The position numbers were made by a program, and so were the translations under genes. From Camelus dromedarius (Eukaryota): a DNA stretch of 64,000 bases. Of this stretch, positions 26,746 to 38,614 are shown piece by piece. The notes under the pieces were generated by a model. It had not been told where the DNA came from, did no database searches, and saw only the letters and a list, made by a program, of their open reading frames with translations. The DNA is taken from positions 75,580,001 through 75,644,000 of the forward strand of contig NC_087437.1 in the NCBI RefSeq assembly GCF_036321535.1, written 5' to 3'. The first letter of the stretch is position 1; each line of letters starts with the position of its first letter.

Positions 26746-27728
26746 TCTTAAAATATTTCTAAATGCTAGAGGTAAGGAGTATCTTTCACATCTGCAGCTT
26801 TTGTACAGCTCTACACGTGAAAGTGTCCCCCAAACGACACCCACTTGTTTTTGTTTTGTTTTGTTTTCCTTTACAAGACTCAAGGACCAAGCTCCACTGG
26901 GTTTATTATCACGTCCTTAAGCTTTGGATATTCTTGTTAATTTGTTTCACCCACTGTGCCACTTGTCATCACAAAGATGTTTGAAGAGAAAGGGTAGCTA
27001 ATGTTTTGTCCTACATGCTTATAGAACCTGCTCAGACTGTATTTACTGTATATTGGAGAAGGGATTGCTTCTCAAAGGATCACTTCTGACCCCATTCCCC
27101 ACACCAACTGGGCTGGGCAGCTTGGTATAAACCTGAACTATTTTTTTAGATAGTTAATATCTAAGATACAAGGTTAATATCTTACATATGTATATTTCAC
27201 ATTCTTCAATAAATTTTTAGTATCTTTGAACTTGGGAGTTTAGCTATAAGAGATGAGATGTCAAAAATATGTGTTACTGTGATTGGTCCCTGGAGCAGGT
27301 GAGAGTGTTCTATATCTGTCAACCTCTCATTTTTGTCCATTTTAGTCATGTTACTCAAAATTTGCATTAACTCCTTCCAGCATCTATTTCAAATATGCCA
27401 CTTGGGACTGTTTCTTTTCTGTTCTTATATTTATTTATCCCTTGTTTCACAGCAGTGGTGTCCTCTCTCTCTTTTTTTTTTTTTTTTTTTCTTCAATGAC
27501 TGTAAAAAAAAGGGCTTATTTTAAATGGCATTATCAAAACCTCAGAAAACAGATTAGCTGTTAGTAGACTTATGCCCTGCTTTATGCACACTGCTTGGCT
27601 TTTAAATACCCTTTCCTACATCAGTCTTTCTGTTGAGCTTAGCGTATTAAGTATGTGAAATCTGGTAATACGTTTTTAATTACAAACTTTTATAATTATT
27701 AACTTTTAAACTCTTTTATTTCCCTAAG

Positions 27729-27797
27729 GAAGAGGAGACAGACAACGAAGAAAACTTCATTGATCTCAATGTTTTGAAGGCCCAGACCTATCGCTTG
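27729..27797 (+). CDS. IFT57: IFT57 coding exon 5 (69 nt; EEETDNEENFIDLNVLKAQTYRL)
   Basis: Polypyrimidine tract followed by ctaAG at 27727-28, donor GTAAGT at 27798, phase 0-0. Confidence 0.96.
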
Positions 27798-28599
27798 GTA
27801 AGTTACTTGGGATACACATGGGACCAACAAGCAATCAGTACATGTGTTCTGCTGGAAACTGAAATAAGTAGAAACCATTGTTGGCTGTTGTTTCGTGTGT
27901 CACTTGAAAAGTAGCTCTCAAAACTGTTTTTCTATATATAAAAATATAATTATAGCAAATATAAATATTAGAGGTACAAATGTGGCAACTTCCTGTAAAT
28001 ATCATGGAAAATTTCATGTAAACTGGGAATAGTTTATTTTTCTTGTGTCATTTGTTATCATGGAACGACATATAATTCAATTGCTAGTTATTTTCCATTA
28101 TAATGGCCAATATTGAGTGGTCTAGAATATAGGAAAATACTTAAATGGTAATTTTTTGAAATAGAATGGATTATATTGGCTGGTATATGGATAGGCAGTC
28201 AGACAGTGCTGTAAGTCAGTTTTTGCTCTGTTTTAATTAGGAAATAAATCCAGTCAATAAAAGAGAACCCACTCAATGAGATATTTCAAAAGTACTTATG
28301 GGATTTTTGTATTTTCCTTTATGTATGTTATATTTCAATAAAGTGATATCTATTGCATGCTCAGAAAAGTACATATAGAACATAATTTTGTTTATCCTTT
28401 ATTTAATTTTTCTTTTCCAAATTCTACCAACAAGTTTGGATCTAGTTTTGGGTTCATACCATGAAGCCTTCCTTGGCCACTCACCCCAAGATGATCTCTT
28501 CATTTATCATTCACCTCCGTAGTATTGTTAGTCGGCATTAGTAACTATCATTAATGATCTGTGTGTTTTCTACCCAACTTGAGATGTAACATAACATAA

Positions 28600-28832
28600 C
28601 ATTGTGGCTAGCTTGCCTATGTGTGTGAGTTGACTTTAAGACTTTTAGTACTTACTAGGTGTCTGGCCTTGGGCAGATTTCCAAACTTCTTGTGCTTTAT
28701 CTTCCTCATCTATAAAATGAGGATAAAAACATTACCTTTTACATACAGTTTTTAGAGATTGAAAGCGTTAACTACGTGTAAAGCATGTGTAATGACGTCT
28801 GGCACATACAAAGTGCTAGATAAGTGTTGGCT
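28600..28832 (+). mobile_element. MIR SINE
   Basis: Core acttactagg...ccttgggcaga...cttcctcatctataaaatgaggataa...tctggcacata. Confidence 0.75.
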
Positions 28833-30660
28833 AAAACCGAAACCAAATGTCCCCCCACATTCCTTCTCTCAAATCTGACTTGCATAATCTCCGTGCTACA
28901 AGGATGAATATCATTTTTTATATTCGCCATAGTATAACACAGATAATACTGAATAAATGCTTCTTAAATGAATAAATGTATTTGTTTATTGTTCAATTGC
29001 AAATTATTTCAGAATAGTATGGTAACATTTAAATCCAAACAGATAAACTCCGGTTGTAACAAAACATTTGCAGATCACTTTGTAGTTCTCAAATAATTTA
29101 AAACACATTCTTTACTGACCTTATAAAGTGTTTGAGTAGATGTTATCTCCATTTTACAGATACAAAAACTAAAATTTATAACCTTGGGATGGTTTAATCT
29201 TTTAAAAAGCTAAAAAATTACACTGGCTTAATTTGAACTCAAGTCTCCAAACTCCCAAGTCTATTACTTTTTTCCCTTTACCTCATAACAAAGGTTCAAT
29301 TAGGTAGGTAGAGTTTGATTCTGACTCTAAGCAAGACACTAGTGCTTGGTGTTCCTGTATGTGTTGAAGATGTGATGACAAAGTTCTCCAAAGTAGGAAG
29401 GAAAAAGAATAAAAGTAGAGATACATACAGTTATTCTTAGAAAGAATCTGTCATTTGTATGATTCATTTTTTATTGATGGTGTAAATAGAGGCCTGCAAA
29501 GACCACCTGGAATTCCCTCTGAACAAAGTAGTTTAAGTATTAGCAAGGAGTCCAGTAATTTAATTTGCCTCTGCCAGTACTCCAAATCCATATCAATCCT
29601 AATTTCAATTTTTGTATTAATTAAGGTCAATTAAGCTAGATAAGGATGGGTTTTCCCCTACCTGTGACTTTATAAATTATCTAGTTATTAGATCCTTTAG
29701 ACAATGGTTATATAATACACACCTTTTTGAGCTAAGACTATGTATGATTGCATTTTCAAAGGAAGTCTGAACACCAGGTGTTTGTGGATGGTCAGCCATG
29801 AAGTACTAATGAGGCAGAAAACCCTTTCATATTTAAAAAATCTGGCAAGTTTATGATGTTGCCCACCGAAGCCATCTGCCTGAGACAGCTGTATCTGACT
29901 GTAGCTTGTGATGGCTGAGGCTGCTCTTTCCCAAAGACAGAACTGCTGTATAGGTTAGTAACACAGATTTAAGATTTTGTTTCATGCAGCAGGTGGACTC
30001 AGAATGCAGAAGAAATATTTCAGTAAAGTTGATGTAATGAATTCTTCACTAGAACAAGAGTGATAGATACTATCTAGGAAATTGATGTAGTAAACATATA
30101 CTTGGCTGTGCGAGCCCTGCAGTGTGTGGATTGCAGCAGTCACTCTCTACCTGCAGTTTTGAAATGGTCATTCACTATCACTTCCCCCGCTTTATTGTTC
30201 TTCATAGATCCTGGCATTGTATTCATCTGATTTGTTTATTGTCTGTCTCAACCAGTAGAATGCAAACTCCTCTAGAGCAGGAGCTTTTTTTTTTTTTTTT
30301 TAACTGCTTTTTCATCTGTGCCGGGTGTGTAGAAAGTGCTGAGTAATATTGAATTGAATAATATTGAATGAATATACGTGTGAATGAATGCTATTTCATA
30401 TTTCTAATTTCATAGGGAAGTACAGTTTAATCTTCCTGGAGAAAAGAACTTCTTAGCAATAATGGAGTCCTCTTCTAGGCACCATGTAGGATAATGCAGG
30501 GAGAAATCTACTTATATTCCTTTCTTTCCTTAAATGAAGTGAAGTCTAGACCCTGAAAAGTATGCTCTTGAGTATCATAATTCAAGAAGCTGGGTCTACA
30601 CGAGCATTTTCCTGAGATTTGTGGTAAATGGAACAAGAGAGAAGGTAAATGAAAAAGACA

Positions 30661-31008
30661 TGTGTTGCAGATTGTGTTCTCCAGAAGTGGACACCGAGAC
30701 AGAGTTTGGGGTGCAAGATGTTTGTGGTGAAAGGACGGGGGAAGAAAGCAGGATTGCACTGAGGGAAGGATCTAGCTGCGATTCAGGCCTGGGTCTTGAC
30801 TTCAGCCAACCTGGTGAGGAGCTGTGTTGCCTGCTTGGCTCAGTCGCTGGAGGCGGGCTGCCCTGGGAAAGATGTACCTCCAGGTGAGGTGGCTTTCTGC
30901 AGGTGAGACAGAGCCCGAAGGAGCTGTCTGCTGGCCACTTTCCCTGCAGCTGAGCAGGAAGTCCTTCCTTGAAAGGAGACCTAGTGGTCCAGCTTCCTGA
31001 CTACCATA
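30661..31008 (-). mobile_element. ERVL-type LTR (LTR33/LTR41-like), antisense
   Basis: tgtgttgcagattgtgttctccagaagtggacaccgagacagagtttggggtgcaagatgttt resembles the reverse complement of an ERVL LTR 3' end. Confidence 0.55.
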
Positions 31009-31022
31009 GCATATTTGAAGCC

Positions 31023-31616
31023 TGTAACTGCTAATTTGAAGAATTTGTAAGGAGACTGACTAAACTTTGAAATGTCTGCCTAATCAGATCATAACCCAGA
31101 AGCAGTATTTCATGAACCCTGAAAACGGTGTTCTAAGAAAATGGTGCCTCCTTTCAATGACGAACGGGTGGGTGAGGACTATTGCCTGCCATATAAGTAA
31201 ACGAAGGATGTTGTGGCCCTCACGCCATCAGCTACTGCAGCCACCCCCAACAGTGCATGCTGAGGGGATTCAGATGGAGAAAAACTAGGATACTGGCCCT
31301 AGATGGTTAAAGTGTACATCAAAGGAATGGTTTCAGTGAGCTCAGACTCTTGCATCTTCCCATACACAGAAAAGCACTAAAATTCATTAACTTGAGATGT
31401 CTGGGTTTCTTAATTAACAGTAATCTTTTGATGTTCCAGCTGCTTGGGTTTTGTTGCAAAAATTGCTAGATATCCTGGCCCTTACCTTACCTCTTCAGAG
31501 CAGTCCCTCAGAGCTATCTGAGAGGCTCTCTCCCAGGATTGGGTCCTCAGAAAGTCTGCCAAATTGAGTAAAACCTAATTCTCAACTTTTAGGTTGTGTG
31601 TTTTTTTCAGTCAACA
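31023..31616 (+). mobile_element. Solo ERV LTR (about 600 bp)
   Basis: TG...CA termini, AGTAAA variant poly(A) signal at about 31567, and a U5-like end ...tttaggttgtgtgtttttttcagtcaaca. TSD not clearly resolved. Confidence 0.65.
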
Positions 31617-31761
31617 GATGCTTACAATGATGAAATTGGTTTGTTTGGAAGCAGTGTTTTTCAGAATATATATTTATTTACTTTGAGGTTTAAAACATAT
31701 TTTTAATGCCATTTTTACTGTGGTTTCCTCCTCTAATTCTCTTGCACCATTATGGTTTTAT

Positions 31762-32232
31762 CTGGCATACCTCATTTTGTTGCATTTTGCTTTATTGTAC
31801 TTTGCAGATACTGTGTTTTTTACAAATTGAAAGTTTGTGGCAACCTTACATCAAGTAAGTCCACTTGTGCCAGTTTTCCAATAGTATTTGTACAGCTCAT
31901 GTCTCTGCATCACATTTTGGTAATTCTCGAAATGCTTCACACTTTTTCATTATTATTGTATTTGTTATGGCAATTTGTGATCAGTGATCTTTGATGTTGC
32001 TGAAGGCTCAGATGATAGTAAGCATGTTTTCACAATAAAATATTTTTTAAAGTATGTACATTGTTTTTTAAGACGTAATGCTGTTGCACACCTAATAGAC
32101 TACAGTATGGTTTGAATACAACTTTTATATGCACTGGGAAACTAAAAAAATGTGTGTAACTCGCTTTATTGTGGTATTCATTTTATTGCAGTGGTCTGGC
32201 ACCAGACCCTCAATATCTCTGAGGGATGCCTG
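31762..32232 (+). mobile_element. Tigger1-derived internally deleted MITE
   Basis: Termini ctggcatacctc... and ...gagggatgcctg followed by TA. Typical Tigger1 sequence ttttttacaaattgaaagtttgtggcaacc. Confidence 0.85.
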
Positions 32233-34519
32233 TACTTTGCAAGAAAATAGCTCCTGCAGTTAGTGAGTGATAGCTTTAGTTTCCAAAGTTTGATTTGCAG
32301 GTTAGTTATTTGAATTTTGATACAGCTTTTCTTGGAAAGAAAAACATTACAAATGGATATTAATCTTCAAGGCTGGCCCACAAAGTTCTACATTCTCTCT
32401 GTCCCTCTGATTTCTGAATGTTCTTGAAATCTGAAATCTGAAATGGAGCCAATGCTTCCCTCGGCGTGGTCATGAGGGGGGGACACTGGTGCGGTATTAA
32501 AGCTCTGACAGTTGGGCAGAGCCCACGATAGTTACAGGCCCAGGAGAATATTCAGAGATGTGAGAGGTGGGAGCAGGGAAGGAAGGATCTGGTGGTGAGG
32601 TGTTAGGCAGGTGTTCTGGTCATTTCTGTTTCAAACTTGAGTATGTCAGTGGAAAACTGCCTGTGTTTTCCTGGTAACTGCACCACAATCGTGAGTGGTC
32701 TTTGTCGCGCCCCTCCGTTCTGAAGCTCAGTAGAATCACAGCAGTAGTGTTCTGGCAGCATAATGCAGATGTGTCATTCTTCTCCCCCAGTGAAAAAAAG
32801 ATGGGAGGGAAGCTATGTACTCTCTGAATTCTATTTTTAAAAGCCCGTCACTTCGTTTCAAAACATTTTTTTCAAACATGCCATAGATACCATTCTTCCT
32901 TGAGATGCTAAATTTGAGGTTTTAGAAACCAAATTCTGAGTTATACAGCATAAAACCAACTATCTCAAAAGGTTTAAACACAATTGGTTTTTAATTACTT
33001 AGCAAAAAATTCATTCTACTAAGAATGAGAGAATTTTTAGCTTAAAAAGCAAAAGCTGTAAGGGAGGAAAAATCTGGGCTTAGAATAAAAATTGTCATTT
33101 CAGTTTCAGCTTAGGGTGCCATCATGGCAAGTCTGCAATATTGTAATAAAAAATAGGAACAAGATGGATCTACTTCAGTTATTATCTTAAACACTTTAAA
33201 TTTTCATTTTACAAATGATTTACACTTCACTTTTCCACAAAATGTCCTTTCTGAGTAACACAGGAAAAATACCATTCTACAGCAAATCATATCTTGTCCC
33301 AAAGATTACCACTGGTTCCGATTCCTGCTTGAGGAGAATGTCTTTTCTTCTCCTTTCCTAAAACATTTGGGTGTTAGTCCTCCTATCTGTGTTGTGACTG
33401 AGAAGTCTGTGGTTGGTATTTCACAGAAGAAACAATTAAAACGCCACATGTTTGAGTGTGATGGAACACATTATGGCTGAGTAAATCTTTTATTTCTCTG
33501 TTAACTAACCCGTACCACCCCATCAGTTTTACATCTGGAGGTGAATAGGAAATGTAGGTTAGAGAAAAAAGCTGTCCTCCTCCCTGCTCAGAGGAGGCTC
33601 AAACGGCAGTTCTTGCTGGGCGTAAAAGAGTTTTGCTTGATCTTTAGCGTAGCTTTTGAATCCACACTTGAAATAGGGAAAGTCCTTATTTCCATCCTGG
33701 TTTTATTGTAAGCCTAGCAAGAAGTAGGAAGCAAGGACTTCTCAAGGTCCCTTCCAGATCTGAGTTCATACCTTCAAGATCGATGCTACGATGGAAAAGC
33801 AGCCTTAGGTAAAATCCTGGCCATGCGTCACTAGCCACATGGCCATAGCCATTTATCCCTTCTGTGACTGCTTTCTTATTTGTAAAATGGAGAGACAGTT
33901 CAACCCAGCATTGTTTTGAGACTAATATAACTTGTGGCCCACACCCAGCGTGGTGCTGGCAGAGTGCACATTTGATGCATTTCTTATTTTGTATAATTTT
34001 TCGCCTTTCCTAGAAACTGGAATTAGTTACAAACATTCTTATGTGCTATAGGAGAATAGAAGCCCTAATCTCTCAATTTAAATAGATTTCTAGATTTCCA
34101 TGAGTATTTTTTATACATAGAATCTGTTATCAAGAAGCTTGTGTTTCAATGTGAATTAGGAAGCCTTGGTCATAGAATGGCTTTATTTCATAATCTGTCA
34201 CTTGGATTGTTATTGAAGGCCCACTGGACTCTGTTTGCTGTCACGTAAGGTCTCCCCTACAGAAATGATATAGGGGAATTTAATGAAAAATAATATGATT
34301 TTTTTCCAGGAATCATTTGAGAGCTCTCATTGTATAAATGGATAAGTTATATTTCCCATACCAATACTAATAGCAGATATTTACTATGTAATTCAGTATA
34401 TGAGATGGGTACCTAGAATGTGGGCTTTTTTCAGTACTTTCTGAACCTATATTCTTTAAATATGCCCACCCCTACCCATCAACCCCAAGCAGTGTTAGTG
34501 CTTTGAATATCTGACTAAT

Positions 34520-35190
34520 GATTCATTTTCATCCAGGACATCTTGTTAGTCCCCAGGACCTGTGGATGCTGCCTTTGAAATCTCTCCCTTATCCATATCC
34601 ATCTCCACCACCCCTACCCTTTTCCAGAATATTTTTTATCTTACCCCTTGATCTTACTTACCAAAACATGACTTTTGTTAGCTCATTGTGAGTTAAATAA
34701 CTTTTGGTGGCTTTTCACTACCTACAGGTCAGTTTATACAGATTTTAAAGCAATAAATTTTGGATTTGGCTTTCAGAACCCTTAGCAATTTGACTGCTGT
34801 CCACATAGCCAACTTTATTTTCTTCTGCAGAGTAACTATTCTCCAGGTAAATAAGTCCCCTCATAGGTTTTCAAACACCTCCTGAATATATCTGCGCTCA
34901 CCCCATCCCATCCTCATTTCTTTTGTCTCTTATCTAAAATGCCTTCCCATGATCTCTCTACCTGACTCTTAAATGTCCAAGGTTCAGCTCAGATTTTGCC
35001 TCCTTACAGAGACCTTCCTTTATCATCCCAGCCCCGTTTAATCCTGTGACCCACCAATCTACAACCCATCGATTTTCATAAAACATAACTAGAATATTCC
35101 TTTGTGAGGATTTTTATTTTATTCACTGTTCCTAGGGTAGAACAGTACCTGATATATATATAGTAGGCACTAAATAAAGATTTGTTGGGT
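34520..35190. mobile_element. L2 3' fragment
   Basis: Pyrimidine-rich sequence ending ...agtacctga...tagtaggcactaaataaagatttgttgg, the L2 3' terminus pattern. Confidence 0.6.
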
Positions 35191-36269
35191 AAAGTCATTT
35201 TACCTTGTTTGTAACTTTTCTTGGCCTCCCCTTTGGCTTAGAGGACAAAATTCACATTCCTCAGCCTAGCTTGTAAGGTCTTTCACAATATATTCAATTG
35301 GTTTTGCTCCCCAATATTCACCCTTTTAAGCCCCTCGTCTCTCTTCTCATGTGATCTTCATAAGCCATGTTCATTCCTATTTCAGTATTTTGGCTTATGA
35401 TGCCTTCCTGCCTATAAAAACACTTGGCTTGCCTCTTCTGCCTGTTTATATCCTAAACATCCATGTAAAGTTAAACTTAAATCTCACCATTGCCATTAAA
35501 ACACACTTCTCTCTCTTATTCAAACTTCTAAAGCATTTACCACCTGTAACAGCTAATATTTAGAAGTTAATCAATTTATATATTTACTTGCTTTTATTGA
35601 AAAAACTTTATTCTTTTTAAAAATGAAATATATTCCTTGTTTTTTTTTAAAAATGAAAGCACAAAAAGTACAAAGAAAAACTTGAAAATCTCAGCACCCA
35701 GGTATAAATATTATATCCCTTTCTGAATAACTGCCCTGAGGTCATGTAGGATGCTAACATTTGGTAAATCTGGATTAAGGGTATATGGGAATTCTCTGTG
35801 CTATTTGTGTAGTTTTTTGTAAGTCTGTAAAAAGACTATACTGACACAGATTAATGAAGTAGTACAGAGTTCATAAAATAATCCAAATATATATTTATAT
35901 TAGTATACAAAGCAATGAAGTCTGTACTATTCAATTAAGTAGTGATAGGATAACAGGGTGTCCATTTGGAGAAAAAAGATGGACTCCTCCCATCTTTTTT
36001 AATAAACCTCACATGATTCAACAAATTAAAAAATGTTAAGGCACAAACAAAAACATGAGTGGCAGGTATTATACTCATGGGTTGAAATGGGCATGATAAA
36101 CATGGCAAGAAAACTAAAAACCATAAAAGAAAAATACTGATAAATCTAAATGTGTAAAATTAAAACCTTTTATATAGAGGGGTGGGGAACACCACAGAGT
36201 TAAAAGACAAGTGATAAACTGAGTGGATATTATTGTAGCCTGTATGACAAAGGATTGATAGGCATTCAG

Positions 36270-36740
36270 TAAGGGGTGTTTCAGAGCTTGTGTTCTAGGG
36301 TAGCATTCATTGCCTGGACTCTGCCACGTAGCTAATGGTGTGACATTGGGAAAATTACCTAAGTGCTCTGTACCTCATTTTTCTCATTTGAAAAAATGGA
36401 AATAAGACTCATTTGATTCATGGTGTTATTACTGGGCACTTCACCCATATGTAAAAGCATCTAGTACCATGCTTGGCATATAATAATGATAATTATAACT
36501 GCTAAAATAAATTGGGGGCTTGCTATGTACCAGGCATTGTAAAAGCCTTTTAAATACATCATTTAATTTAATCTTCATAGCAACCCTTCCAATGAGGGGA
36601 GTACTATTATTATTCCCCTTTTACAGATGGGGGAAGCCTGAGATTTAGAGACCTGCAACTAGTAAAAAATGATGGAGGTGGGATTTGACCAGGGATGGGA
36701 TTCCTGACCCATCCTCTTAACATTTACACCATACTGTTCA
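36270..36740. mobile_element. Two MIR SINEs in opposite orientation (tail-to-tail)
   Basis: Plus-strand core ctctgtacctcatttttctcatttgaaaaaatgg, then minus-strand core ctatgtaccaggcattgt...ttttacagatgggg. Confidence 0.65.
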
Positions 36741-38192
36741 AGGCAACTTAGTTCTGGGACTGTTCAATCTCAACAGTTAATTGGATTTTCATGTTCTTCT
36801 CAGTAGGTATATGAATTGAGCTCTTCAGATGTATTTGAGCACTGGTATATCTGTGTGGTTACCGTCTCAAAGAAAAACCTCATAGAATTTCATGCCATAA
36901 AGAATTAAACTTATTTTTCATACTCTACAACACCAAGTATAATGTCTATTGTAGTTTTCTTCATATGGAAGAAAGTTTACTTCCTGGGCACTTTCTTTTG
37001 GCTTTATTTTGAGAAAATTAAAAATCGGAAATGATTTTATCTTAGCATTTAGTGTACACTGAAGTAGCTAAAATAGTAAAGGTAGATATTTGATGTATTA
37101 AATAGAAATAATATTGGAAGTTGAATTCTCATTCAAAAATAATTTCAGATTTCTTATTGGAAAATTACATTTATTTTGTGTTAATTTGGCAAGCTTTGTT
37201 TTTTCATTTTTGATTTGTGGGAGCATAATTTATTCAAATCTTGGTTCACATTGTAACTCAGAATAAAATTTCTCTTGATAGTCTTAAAATTGAACTTAAA
37301 AAAAAAAAAACTTCTACAAACTTGATATATTTAAAGACAGAAGCTACCATCTATCTATTTCTTTTGATAGATTAGCCAAGGTTTAATTTGGTTATTCAGA
37401 ACAAATCTAAAAATAATTTTTATATGGTATTAAACATTTTTCTTCATAGTAATATAGTGTTAAATCATGTAAAACCTAATTTGAGGAGAAAATAATGAAT
37501 CAAACTCACAATTTGTGCTTCTTTAATCATGCAGAATTGACTTGTAGGGACATGAAAGATTTTTAACTTTGCCTTAGATATAATTTGTTAAAATCATGGG
37601 ATTTCAAGGAAACATTCTTCTTGATTGAAATAACATTATTTGTCCCTCTCTTGCTTCACTAATAGATGGTAAAGAAAGGACACCAGATACCCTTAGGAGA
37701 AACCCTTTTTAATTCATAGTAATACCATATATATTATATTAGCCTCTTGTCCACCTATCCTATCTTGAACAAAACAGCAAATGAGGAAGAATGCAAAACA
37801 GGACTGCAACCAAAATAAGTATAAACACTTCCATTTTTAAAAATTTCTATAGGGTTCTAACCTTACCACCACCCCTTTTTGAGCTGAGCACTCACTTTTT
37901 CCCCCCTTATTCTTACTTTGTCTGAATTCTGACAAGCTCAGCTGTTAGGTTTCTGAACTCATAGCAACCTAGAAGAAGGAAGCACTGCTACAGGCAATCA
38001 GAGAGACAGCCACTGCTGATCACTGGCATCTTGATAGCAAGAGAAGCTACAGGAACAGTTTAACGGCAGACCTAAGAGTGCAAAACATTATAGTTATTTG
38101 GGATCATTTAGTGTGGGCTCAGTAATATCTAGATTTCTCAGCCTGAGTGCAACATTGTATTACAGAATCTTACAATGAAAGACATCAAAAAA

Positions 38193-38614
38193 GATTAAAT
38201 TATGGCCAGTAAATGTCAGCATTTACCAGTATCCAGTACTCAGTCCAACGGTGGTATCTGATGCTTCTAAGAGGTAGAGATTTCGGCTTGGTAATTGTAG
38301 ACTTAAACACCTCCACTTGCTCTTACAAAAGTTACAGGGAGATCACAAGTTCAGATGAGAGTTTGACCAGGAGAACCTAGATCATGAGAACCTGGGCAGA
38401 AATTGGATTCACAGACTTTCAGGTGAAAATGGGAGATGAAGGGAGAGTCAAAAGATCCCAACACTGAACTAGTAATATTAGAGAGAGCAAGTGGAGGTGT
38501 TTAAGTCTACAATTACCAAGCCAAAATCTCTACCTCTTAGAAGCATCAGATACCACCGTTGGACTGAATACTGGATACTGGTAAATGCTGACATTTACTG
38601 GCCATAATTTAATC
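38193..38614. repeat. 131-bp near-perfect inverted repeat (arms 38193-38323 and 38484-38614; 160-bp spacer)
   Basis: Manual reverse-complement alignment gives 129/131 matches. Mismatches at 38239(C)/38568(A) and 38284(C)/38523(A). Confidence 0.97.

Noticed and set aside
38193..38614. Interpretation of the inverted repeat as a MITE with long TIRs
   Set aside because: With arms 129/131 identical an intact TSD would be expected. Flanks match only 5/8 and the termini lack hAT or TcMar signatures. Not fully excluded without a copy-number search.
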